This document shows positions 22,770-34,700 of a stretch of DNA of 64,000 bases, in pieces; the first letter of the stretch is position 1; each line of letters opens with the position of its first letter. The notes under the pieces are model-generated. The model was not told where the DNA came from. It made no database searches and saw nothing but the letters and a program-made list of their open reading frames with translations. Source of the stretch: Raillietiella orientalis (lineage: Eukaryota); the NCBI GenBank assembly GCA_036172245.1, contig JAYWIR010000019.1, forward strand, positions 2,232,001 through 2,296,000. Direction: 5' to 3'. Position numbers and translations under genes: made by a program.

Positions 22770-25700
22770 CTGAAAAGCAAGGAGGGATTCTTATCGTTCC
22801 TAAGGTAGCTAGGTCAACCATAAATACTGCTTATTTTTAAAAAAAAAAAAAAAAAAAAAAGGAAAAAGAAAAATGTTGTTTTATTTATTTATTTTTTTAC
22901 TTTCATTTTTATTTTCCGGGCAGTGGAAGCTAGCAAAGCGGCAAAGATAGAGAGCAGCTTGCAGGCAGCGCCTGTCTGCAAACTCGTCCCCATGACAACA
23001 ACAACTCTCTCCAGAGAAAAATCACGGCTAGAGATTTTCTTGGCGAACCGAGCTGAGAAGAGCCGCTGCTGCTGACGGATGAGGAAGGCGCATGCGCACG
23101 AGATTCACCGGCAGCTGGCAGCGAATACTGGTGCAGGACACTGTCCAAAGCAAAGCAGGCGAGGGAAAAAGAGAACGCAGGCCTTCGGAACTTTCCCCGC
23201 CGACCGCGACCCTTTTGGGATTCGCTCGTCCAGTTCACGGAAACAGGGCATCCGGGGGTCTCCCTCGATGCCCTGGTTCCGTCATCGAGGAGCCTCGCGT
23301 CTCCCCTCAGCCTAGCCCAGGCAGCCAAGAGAAGCACCCGAAGAACGCGCGGGGGACCATCCGCGCTCCGGGGGGGGGGGGGGGGGTCGAAACCGTGGAA
23401 CCCATGACCGAGGGCACTTCCGACGGTCCGTGCGCTGGAAGCGTGGAAGGAGAAAATCCGGAAAGGCCGTTCCCAAAAAGCACAAGAGGGAAAGCGCCCA
23501 CGGCGCCAAGTCGCGGCAGCGAGTCCCGGCGCACGTGCGCCGCGGGGAAGTGGACGACGATGCCCGACCCGGAAGGAACACACGGCGACCACGAGCGTGC
23601 CGTCCTCTCGAAGAGCAAGCGGGGCTGCTGCACAGACCTCCAGCGTCCAGTCTGGAGATACGGAAACCACGAAACGGACGCTTTCACGACGGGATGGGAC
23701 GGAAACGAGCAGCTGGGGGAAGCGAAAAGTAAAGCGTGATGGACCAAGACGAAATTTCGATCCCCGTTCTCGATTGGAAAGTGAAAGTAGATTGCAATCA
23801 GCATGGGCGAAGTGACACAGAATGGCGGTTGTCAGGCAGCCTTTTTCCACGCTTTCTCACACATACATGCACATAAAGTATGGATATGTTGTAAATATAT
23901 TGATTTATAATTCGACGAGAGCAGAGCTTCTCTCTCTCTCACTTGTCGTTTTTTTACAAAGCTCCAGTTCGAGGGTTCCTCTTTGAGAAAGAATAGCGAC
24001 CCCTCGCGAAGAAACGAAGAACCTCTTAACGGACGAGCGTCGAGCAAGATCAGCAGAGCGGAGCCCACCAGCTCTTCTCGGAACCATTGACACGAAGAAC
24101 AGAAAAGCGAAACCGAATTCCTCGTGGCGGTGGGAGCATTCCGGCTGCGGAACGAAGCCGTCCGCCCGAAAGGCTGACCTCCGGAAGAGCCGCGCGGTCA
24201 TTCCGGAGAACGAGAATTTTCACGCTTTGCGGTAGAACTTGGGGAGCGGCGAACCTTTTTTGAAGGGAAGGGGGAAACGATGGTGGCTACTTCCGTTCCG
24301 TTCCCCGGATGGCGCGTTCTCGAGGGCACGCGCGAGGGGGAAAGGGGGGGGGGGAGGAGACAGAAAGCACTAAAGTGGGAAAGAGGCTCCGAGGTGTTCT
24401 TCGGCCGCTAAGCGAGCACTTCCTATACCTTGTAAGCAGGGTTCTCGTGGGTCATGGTCGGAAGAGGGATCCGCCTTCGACGGTACATCATTCGCCCGGC
24501 GACGGCCACCAGGACCAAAGCTAACAGCGTCGCCAGGATGACTACGATGACAAACGCCACATAATAGGACGCAAAGTCCTCGTCCCTACGATCTGAAAAC
24601 GAGAAAGCACGAGGATGAAACGAGGCGGACACGAGGTGGTGGTCACCAGAGATCCTCTGCACAGGAGAGGCCAGGGGAGGCGGTCCTGCTTTCGTCTTCA
24701 CTTCCAGGACGTTGGACTGCTTTACCTTCCCGTTGGTCAGGAAGGCCTCCAGCCAAATCTGGTACCTAGACGTCTGCAAGTAGAAAAGCCGCAAGGCCTC
24801 TCCCGCCGTCTCACTTGGTGTTGGAGACGAGGTTCTTGATGATCATCGATGCGGAATCCAGCTTGTCCTCCTTGGGGAGTCTGAAGCTACTCTGCACCTC
24901 GTTCTGCTTAGAGGTCTTGTAGTTCACGCTGAACACGTGAACGTATTTTTTGTGAGGCACTGGAACCCCGGACCAGTGAACCTCTATCAGGGCGTTTGTG
25001 ACTTTGGGAGCCTCCAGGCGTAGCTCGAAATTGTAAGGATCTGGAACGGGAGGGTTCGAGTTCAAGAATGAGGAGCTGCCCCCGTCCCCGAGCACCTTCC
25101 ACGGAAACGGTTCGAACGTGGAGAGGGGCAGCTGAAATGAGATCGGTGGTCTGGTTGCGGAGGGGCAGGAACGCAATGTCCACTTCGTAGTCGGTGTTGG
25201 GATCCAGGTCCTGCAGGATGTAATTCGTGTTCTCCCGGTGGATGAAAGGCGACGTCGTCCACGTCTTGAAGAAGAAGAACAAGAAAAGGGATTGGCCGTT
25301 CTGGAAAGCAAGCAGAAGAGGAGCCGCACCTGTGCGTTGTAGCCGCTCTTCCTGTAGCGGAGCTGGTAGCCGTCGATCAGCATCATCTCCGACTCGTCGA
25401 AGTTCCTCCATGTGATCTCGACGGAGTAGGGCTGAACGCTTTCGGCCTTCAGAAGAGCGTCGATTATTATCTTGGGTGGAAGAGTGGTCACTTTAACAGC
25501 TGACAGGCGCGTCTGAGCTTTGGCAGGTGGCACTTTCGTTCCCCCATTTACCTAAGGTCTTTACGCGGATCGGTGAGCTTTCGAGAATGTTCGAGAGCGT
25601 TCCGAAATGCACTTTAACGGCTATCTCGTATTCCGTATCAGGAGAAAGTTTGGTCAGAGTGACGTTCACATTGGAACTGCCGAAGACATCGTTGGGAGGA

Positions 25701-28700
25701 TGATATATCTCCATCTTTTCCGCACCTTCCCCGCTTTCCGGAGAAGCTTCAACGTATGGGCGAATGCAAAGAGAAATGTGCTTACTTCATGTGGTCGATG
25801 TAGGAGACCTCGACGTTGCCATAGAATCCCACATACACGTTTGGAAGGGTGAATGATACGAGGACACTGTGTTCGTCTAGTGCTCGGGCTACCAAGTTCG
25901 ACAGCTCGCTCTCTGGAAAACAACCACGTGCAGTTAACACTCGCTGTCAATATGGTGCCAAAACCGGCGATTCTGCGTGTGGTTTTTCGTACGAAAATCA
26001 CGTCACTTCCCCCACCCTCTTTCTCTTTCGCGTTTCTCTTTTCGAACCTGAGATAAGGAACTCCTGCCACAGGATCTCACAGATTCCGGGTTACTTTTTT
26101 TTTACCAGGTACGCATCATGGAGAGTCCCTAACGCGAAGGTTCCTTCAGGTGATCTATTGGAGTTTTAACAGCTTTCTATCTGCTCGTGCTTGCCGACAA
26201 AACACTTAGGTCATCTACATTCTAGCAGAATTAGCACCAGCAAGTCCTCACGGCAAACCGCTCAAGGGAAAGAACGTGTCTATAACCGTAGTAAGTACAT
26301 TCTTATTACTGCATCATTCACCGCATACCATTAACGCCCGGTGCATGCCACAGTTAATTTAGACTTCGCTCTCTTTTTTTCTTTTTAGAGTAAGAGAAAA
26401 CTATTTTATCGAATGTAGCAACGCCCATTCGATGCATTCCAAGGAGGATCTGCTATTATGGTTTTTAAAGGTTTCCGGCCTAAGCACGGTCTAAGGCTTT
26501 ATTGCTCGTCAAGACTTCTATCTGCCATATCTTCGATGGAATCACTGCATCTACTTTGAAACCACTGTTGTTCGAACTGAAAGTTACCCATATGCCAGGA
26601 CTCGGCCGTTATAGAACGCATTTTCCATAAGCGAATGCATGATTTATTTCTGGCAATCCCAGATGCGATCCCCAGGACGTGATTCAAGCTTCTGTTGCTG
26701 AGAAGAAAGCACACTCGGCCTGCTGGACACGTACAATAAGTCGTTTCTTTCCCTTTACTACCTGCAGGCACAACCTAAATACTTGGAAATTATTCATCCA
26801 AGACGATTCAAGACGATTTCATTCAGAAGACAATCCAGAGGAGGAACCTTGAAACCCGGGGTTATTATGGTACCATGTGAGCGTCATCACATTTATAAAG
26901 TAACATTCAAACCGCATAAACAAATGAGGTTCAGAGTTATCGCTGCTACACACCACGAGGTTTCCTTTCTTATGCGGAACAATGAGTGTCTTCGTGTAGC
27001 TGTCCAGGGGGAGTGAACCGTCAAAACAAAAGCCCCTGGAGGAACGTGTGGAGGGAGACGCTGGCAAACAAGCATTCGTCCACTGGACCAATTGAGAATT
27101 CGGTCCATCTTACGCAGTCGCTCCGTGTCGGGATGGTCAAGTGACCACACAAAATTATGAGTGGGCCAGGATCTTCGTAAGGATGGGAAAACACGGAAGC
27201 GCTCACAAGCGTGCCAGGCGCGATCAGACCGCAAACTGGACACGTGTTCCGGACCTTCCTTTCCGGACCTTCCATTGCACTTTGTTCGTATGCTCGTACG
27301 CTCGAGCCTTCCTTGGTTTGTTCCCGAACCCTCTACCATTCCTGAAGCGCGCGTCGTGCACTGCGGGCATGCCACGTTCTGGGAATCTTTCGTGTTCAAG
27401 AAGTGGCAGCACGCAAACGATGAGCCCTGCACAGATGTCTTTTGCTCGACTCCAGTCCGCAATCCACACAGTTCGAGTGGTGTACAAATGTCAAATATGC
27501 TACACGGTAGATGTTCTGAGCCAGGTGTTTCAGCACGGCAGCAACACTGCAGCTCAGGGTGTGTGCACACCTGCGATTGCAGCTACGGTGTTTCGTAACA
27601 TTCATCATTGCATTTGTCGATCTTGCAGTCCTTCTTCCGACTCAGATGCTCAAGTTTGGCGGGGCAGCGCTCTTGGAAACCGGTTGACACGAACGGATCA
27701 CTTATGTAATGAGAAATAAATTAACCATCACTCGCTTGAATATTTTAACTGCAGTATTTTGACAGAATAAAGTTAAAATAGTATTTCAGCACATGGACGA
27801 TTGAAAAAGGCAATACATAAACAAATGGATAAAAGCAGAAACGCAATGAATAACCAAAATGCAAGTCCACACACACACACATGCATACGGTAGGTTTTTT
27901 TTTTTTTTTTTCCGATTAAACATATATGCAGTGATGATGCAAAACACTCCTCATTTTCGCTTTACGAAGTACAGAAATGCGGAAGTGGAAGATCTTTCAC
28001 TCCGATCAACTTGAAGTAAGAAATCCATGATGCAGATCCGAATAACCGGGCATCCGAATTCTTCCACAAGATTCATAACTGACGGACGTTTTGCCCGAAT
28101 GACGGATCTTGACGAAGTAACTGAGCAATCGTTCCTCTTCTCAGCATGTAGATCCAGAATCAACACTCCTTACGAGCTCAGGTTAAACCTATAACAGACT
28201 TCCTGAATGGACTTATCCATATAATTTCGTGGCATAGCTCTCAGGTGGTTAACACTATTCAAAATTTCCCTGGAAACCTCTTGACAGTCAGCATCTGCCT
28301 TTTGCCAACCAGCCCTAGCGATTAGGTACGCACACGCGTTTGGAAACAGCATGCTGCACTATACAGCGCGGATGAGGTTTCCAGATCAAAACAAACAGAT
28401 GAACACACACACACAAACAAACGCGAATGAGTCCCTTCTTGTGTGACATGTAGCTTCGACACATCCTCAGGCGCAAAAATCCGTGGCTGGCAACAGCAGC
28501 ATGGACTGTGCTTGCCGGCCTTCGAAGTGGATATTGCGATGTGCACGTGAAGCTGATATGGACACGCACTCGTGAAAAATCCTCGACAGCCACACCGGTC
28601 CATTCCATCATACCTCACCACTGGGGAGCTGCTGGAATCGCCCGTTCACGATCGAATGCACTGACCGTTTCTTAGCTCAAGGCCAGCAGATTTCTGCAGC

Positions 28701-31700
28701 AACCGGACTCGAAAGAGCAAAACGTGCACAAGGGTTTAATCTCTCGTTCTGTTCACTCGGTAATTGGTCTCTCTGGTTCCACTTTATTACGTCTCGTGTG
28801 CATTTTTTTTTTTCCTTCTTTGTGCGATGAGCACAAAGAAGTGAGCGAAATGAGTCTGGTGTCCTTTGTATGATAATCGACAGCTTCAGAAGGGACACTT
28901 GAGATTAAACTTCTGGAGAGTTGGGAAGGGATAGTCTCCGTGCTCCGCATCGTGTCGGTGTTTTTTGCTCGTGAGGCACAAGCACTGGGAAAAACACGAG
29001 GCAGGGGTAGACAAAGGAAGAAAAATAAACCCCAATTTCCCTGGCTAATTTGGGGGTGCAAATGCCGGGAAGGAGTAATAGATAAATTACACATTTACGG
29101 TGAATGAGTGATTTCCCATATGCCAGGAGCGGAGTGTAATTTTCTGTCGTTGACACGACCCTCTCGAGCAATGACTTTTTTTTTTAAAAAAAAAAAAAAA
29201 AAAAAACTTGGAACGTCCAGTGATATCATCGGTACAATTCGTATGCCATTCACACCAAAGAATTCTGAAGTTCGGAAAACAAGTAGCCACCAGCTTGGGC
29301 AGCTTCCCCTTACCAATTTGCTCATCTCTGTTTTTGCGCTATTTCATCGTCATGAGCACACGGTTTTGGGATTGGATTCGGGATGAGGGCGCTCAAAACT
29401 GGTTTCAGTTCAGGGAAGGGGAATCGCGAACACAGTGCGGACCCTCCGAGGAGATCCAAGACTCGGAAACAAAACGCAATGCATCGATTTCGCATTCGTT
29501 TCGGGAGCTCGAGAATGCCGCCAGGAAGCATCGCCTAGGACGGCGTTTGGTACATGAGACAACCCAATACCAAAGACCTCAAAGGTCGCGTGACAGAATG
29601 CAGCAGATGGAAATGCAGAAGCACAAAGGAGGGAGGACCCCCGACACGAATGAAATCCGAGTTGCGTGGTGCGAGGAAAGGAGGCTCTCGTGCAACCGTC
29701 TGTTCCGAGTTTTTCGAGTGCCTTCCGCCTAGAGGACGGGAGCGACGAGTGTCGAAGATTCTGCGGAGGAAACAGCAACTCGAAGCAGGTGAAGCGAACT
29801 CCTCGAATTCGGAACAGGACGACGGATCCCTTTCCTCAAACCGAGCAGTCCACTCACCCGAGCTATTTCTGGATTGGTACTCCGGAATGCACAGTCTGTG
29901 GCATGTGACGAGAAACTGGTTGACTGCCCGCGCCCACGAACTAGGCAGAGGGCAGTCGCTTGCTCCCATTCTGTCTTTCGACCGAATTCTACCTTACGCC
30001 TTGAATGGGAGCCTCTTTGGCGAGGGGCGGAAATGGAATTCTCCATGATACGAATCGGACCACCCCTTCCCAAATCCGTTCGCAGCGTCACCGCTCTCTC
30101 TCCGGGAGAACGTGGGCGTCCACGAATCGGCCCGCCACGCAACTGCAGTGCGTTTATGGCACTGCCTCTTTTTTTTTTTTTCCTTTTCTTTATTTTTTTT
30201 TCCTTCAGGATTCCGGCTCGAAAGCTGCTCGTAACTCCCCGCACGATAGCGATCTTCGGTGTGACACTTTCGCACCTTATTATCTTTTTTCCCGAAACTT
30301 CCTCTGGCTTCCGGACTCCTTCGAGTTCGCTCCCACTCTTCGCTTCTCAAGATCTACGCCAACACACAACTGCACAATACACCCTGCTGTCGGAAATACG
30401 GAACAACGCGAGAGAGCCACAGGACTCGGTAAGAGCACGTCCAGTGTCGTTGACATCCCTTCAAGTAATCTGGCATCGTGCTATGACCGTCACTGCGTCT
30501 GAATTGCGGGAACGAACCTCCCAGAAAGTGGAAATCGTTTCTTCCTTCTCTCTTTTTTCCGCCCCATATCTATTTAGTGCACAAGTTCATGATTCGTATG
30601 ATTTACTTATTGACGTGGCAATGATGGTGATGATCAAAACGTCGAGATGCTTTGACTGGAAAATGGGAATGAATGTTAGGAAAACGATGCCGCGCTCTTG
30701 CTGCAAACCAGTGAGAAAAACACCGTGCTGCTTCTCAGCTCTGCCAAGGCAGATTTGGCGCATCCTTTCAACTTCAAAAAACAGAAAAAAAAGAAAAGAA
30801 GAGAGAGGAGGGATCTTGACAAAGGTCTGATAATCCTGTAATTGGAAAGGCTTGGTGAGATCCACTCTTGTAAGCGAAGGTTGACGACTCCTCCGTTTTC
30901 GAACCCTCCCCCTCTCTCAAGAATTCTACGCGTGCGCACAGCGATATCCAATCGAAGCCAAAAAAACAACAGGAGTAGCAGGCCACTGCGTGTCTTTTGC
31001 TTCGCCCAAGGCAGCAAATCCTGACCGTGCGTGCCCCCAAGAAAAGCGGGAAATCTCAAAAAAGCTCAAGCAGCAACAGCTGAAGTCACGCTGCAGAACT
31101 TTTGGGGAAGGAAGGGGGGAGGGGGGGAGGATGCTTTGCTCCCGCTAGCGAATGCCGCTGGGGACCCAAAGTCTTCGAGGCTCAGCACAAGATGCACAGG
31201 TTGCAAACCTCTCGAGATCAGTTGATGTCTCACAGGACCGATGCGCGCTGGGGGTGAGGACCCTGGTGCCCGGCTATCTGCCATGCGGACCTCGCAGGGT
31301 AGGTGCCGTACGCCTGCGAGCAAAGAAGGACGCGAACCACTTAGGAGGTTCCCCGCTCGCTCGGCATGCAACGAGGTTTCCGTAACGGGGATGGAGCCCC
31401 GGTTCGCCCAGACGAGTCACGCATCACTGGCTCTTTCCCCTACACGCGCCGACGCAGCATCCAGGAGGAAAGGGGACGGACCCCTCGAGATGCAGAAGCG
31501 CAAAAGACTGCCATTTCAGACGCGCACGAAGATGTGGGATTTTCGACTCTTGAGAGGTGCGCGGCTGCCGCCGTCCAGCTGACCGCTCCTTACAGGGCAG
31601 GAACTTCGTTTTCAACAGGAGTGATTTTCCCCGATGGAAGCGTGCGCACGAGATCCTGGAGAGTCCTCCCTTTCTCCCGAAATTACGTTTTGCTCGGGTG

Positions 31701-34700
31701 GCACGAGTCCGCCTGGGGACGGCGGTTACGGAAGAATGAAACGGAATGGAACATTCTTCAAGATGCCATCCGAAGATAAATCGGCCAACCTAGGCGGGAC
31801 GTGGGAGTACCGCCAGAGTGCCCACGCACCACCTCTGGAACGGTCTGCAATCTCGCAGCGAATCACAGGGCGTGCCGATCCGGGGTTTCAGAGCGGAACT
31901 ATCGTCGCTCCGAACTGAGGTCTCGCCGCAAGAACGGGGTCTACTGGGCCAGGAGACTCTGGTCCCCAGCAGACTTAACGCGGGGTCACGCACCAAACAC
32001 AGAGAAGAAACCCAGCTTCAAGTGCTTGACCCCGCCCCCGCTCCGGGCGGATGGGAAAAGCCCTTCAGTGCTGCGCTGCGGCGCGTTCGGCCGTTACCAG
32101 AGAGAGGAGGCGTGCGACGAGAGTGTGGGATGATCCTCTCCCTCCTCCCCGTCCCTTCCCTCCCCTCGCCAGCGGGCTATCGCCAACTCACCTATTCCGT
32201 TCCCGAATCCTGCCGGGATGGCGAGCGGGCACTGCCAAGCCTTGCAGCATTCGTCCTCGGGCAGCATCTCTATCCTTGCCAGCGGTTTCGGGCAAGGCAG
32301 GTGGGAGGGAGGTTCGCTCGGCACCGGTTCACAGATGGCACTGCACTTCACGTCCCCGTACTGGCAATAGCAACGCCGCTCGCAACCCGTGACGTTCTGC
32401 GGGATGTTTTCGTAATTGTCGTACTTGACCCCCTCGTACACGCAGGAGCTATTCTTCACGCAGATGTAGCGAGGGCAGCACATGGGAGGGATTTTCACGG
32501 CGGAGGGATCGGGCTCCCATTCGGTGCAGCCGGAGTCCAGGTACTCCAGACCTTGCTTCGGGGGACACTCGATGTTCAGGCAGACGACCTGCGAGGTCGC
32601 GCCGTCACAGCGGCAGAAGGCCTCGCAGTCGGAGTAGAAAGTATCTTCGGCTGCGTACACCTGGTCCTTGTAGCGGCACGTCGACGACGACGATGGCGGC
32701 GGCGGCAACGGACGAGGTTCGGCACCGTCCCCTTGAGCTGAAAAGAATGGCAGCCCCGCGGGTCACTCGGGCAGCGCGCTTCCGCGACCGCACCATCCGG
32801 CATCGTGTGGGACAGCACGTTGCTCCTGCTGTCCCGCACCTCGGCCAGGAAGAAGTACTGCTTCTGAGGCTTGAGATCCCCGATGTGCAGCTCCCACTGG
32901 TGCGACTGGAGGGGCCGGATGTCCCTCGCCCAGACGAACTTTTCGTGCAGGTTGACGCGGTCCTCCCCTAACAGGATCTTCAGGAAGCCGCCGGTCTCGG
33001 ACATCACGTAATCCCGGACGCTGTCGGACATAGTCAGCTTGATCGAGACGGCAGTGGAGTTGATGGCGTTGATGTCCTCGATCTGAATGTACGCGTCTCC
33101 AGACAGAGGAACGCTGTCCATCCGAGATCTCTTCTCCTCGGGAATCGCAGCGCCTTGGGAGAGATGAAAAAACGTCAGAAACGGGAGAAGGAAGAGGAAG
33201 GGGGGAAGGGAAAGGAGAGTAGGTTGGAGAAAAGATGGCGCCGACTCTCCGCATCCACCGAAGCTGGATCCCACTTCCTCCTCCCCTCTCACCGCTTACA
33301 GACGGGACTGCTTGTACGCGCGCCAGCGAGTGACAGGTGGAGACGAGGTTTCGAGGACCCCCATAGCTGCGCTAACAATACCCAGCAAGTTGGGGGGGGG
33401 GGGGGGGTGACAGTTAGGGAGCACCGCAACCGGCCGGATTGCAGGCTCATCGAGGGGTGAGAAAAAGACACGTCCGGTTCGGCAAGGAAGAGCAAAGAGG
33501 CGTAGAAGGCAATGAAGAGAAAAAAGCCCGTCCTTACTTCCGGAAGCGCCGCAGTGGTAAACCTTGCAGCACGGATCGTTGGGGTCATCCAGTTCCCGGC
33601 ATTCTGCTGCATCTACCCCGGTGGGTTTGGCACATCTCTGAGAGCAGTTTTCCACGAGACCGTCCAGGCAGAGGCAAATCTGGTCGCATCCCAGGAAGAT
33701 TCTTTCTCCCGAGAGGTAGGTCTTGTTTTCGTGCAGGCAGGACGTGCTGCCATTTTCGCCGGATAAATCTACGCCAGACGCAAAGGTCAGGACGGTCACC
33801 GGCCGCGGCAAACCCTCCAGAGCCACACGCAACCGCTTGCGCTTACCTGAAGATTTGACTTTGTGATCCTTTAGAACGTCTTCGTTGGTGATGTTGTCGC
33901 AAATGGTGATGGAGCAACACTTATCTGTTAAATCCTCAAGTGTCACGCAATGACGGAAGGACGAAGACTGTTGGACAGGTGGGCACCTGCACAATTAACA
34001 CATTTGGATTAGCCATACATCTTAATAATTCACGGAAAGAACAAACTCAGCAATACCATGTACACTTTATAATCTAAAAAAAAGAAAAAAGAAAGTGCAA
34101 ACCCGGGTGGTCTGCGAGCGGAAAAACTCGGAATCGCTCTTCTTTTCGCGTGCCTTCGTCTTTTGCATGATGATAGCTGGTGGTGTTTCGAGCAAATGCG
34201 TAAGCTCCACCACGAGAGATACTCAGCCGCCCAACTTTTCCGTCAAAAAAACCACTCAACAAACGGATGATCACTCACCTTGGTAAGCAGGAAACGTCTC
34301 CGTATCCGATGCAGTGGCACTGCCTTTCGCACCCTTCGTAAAACGTTTCGTTCTTCTGGTACGTCACACCGTTGTACAGGCACCCGTCAAACGGCAACAC
34401 CACCCTGTTGACACCTAAAACAAGGAAGACGACCGTCTCACACAGCGGCTTCCTCATCGCGGACGCAATTTCGGATGGGGCATAAGGGGCCCGTCGGCCA
34501 TGTTCACGTTTTCTCCGCATCAAAAGGCACGGCCAGAAAGCAGCAACAACTCTGTCGCGTGGAGCTCCGCGGAAATATCCCGTCGGAGTCCGCGGCGAGG
34601 AGACTTATGACCCCGAAAGATGTCAACTTGGCCAGCAGCCACGTTCGCGGTTCGTATCCCTATCGCAACCATTGAAGCACCGGGTGCTGTTTTCTTCACG

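Noticed and set aside
28170..28320. Merlin/IS1595-like transposase motif (QEVCYRFN)
   Set aside because: A single short match with no DDE motifs or TIRs
33297..33366. Extra small sas exon (cgcag|CTATG...CGTCT|gtaagc)
   Set aside because: Would be phase 1-2 and break the frame; the flanking exons join directly in phase 1
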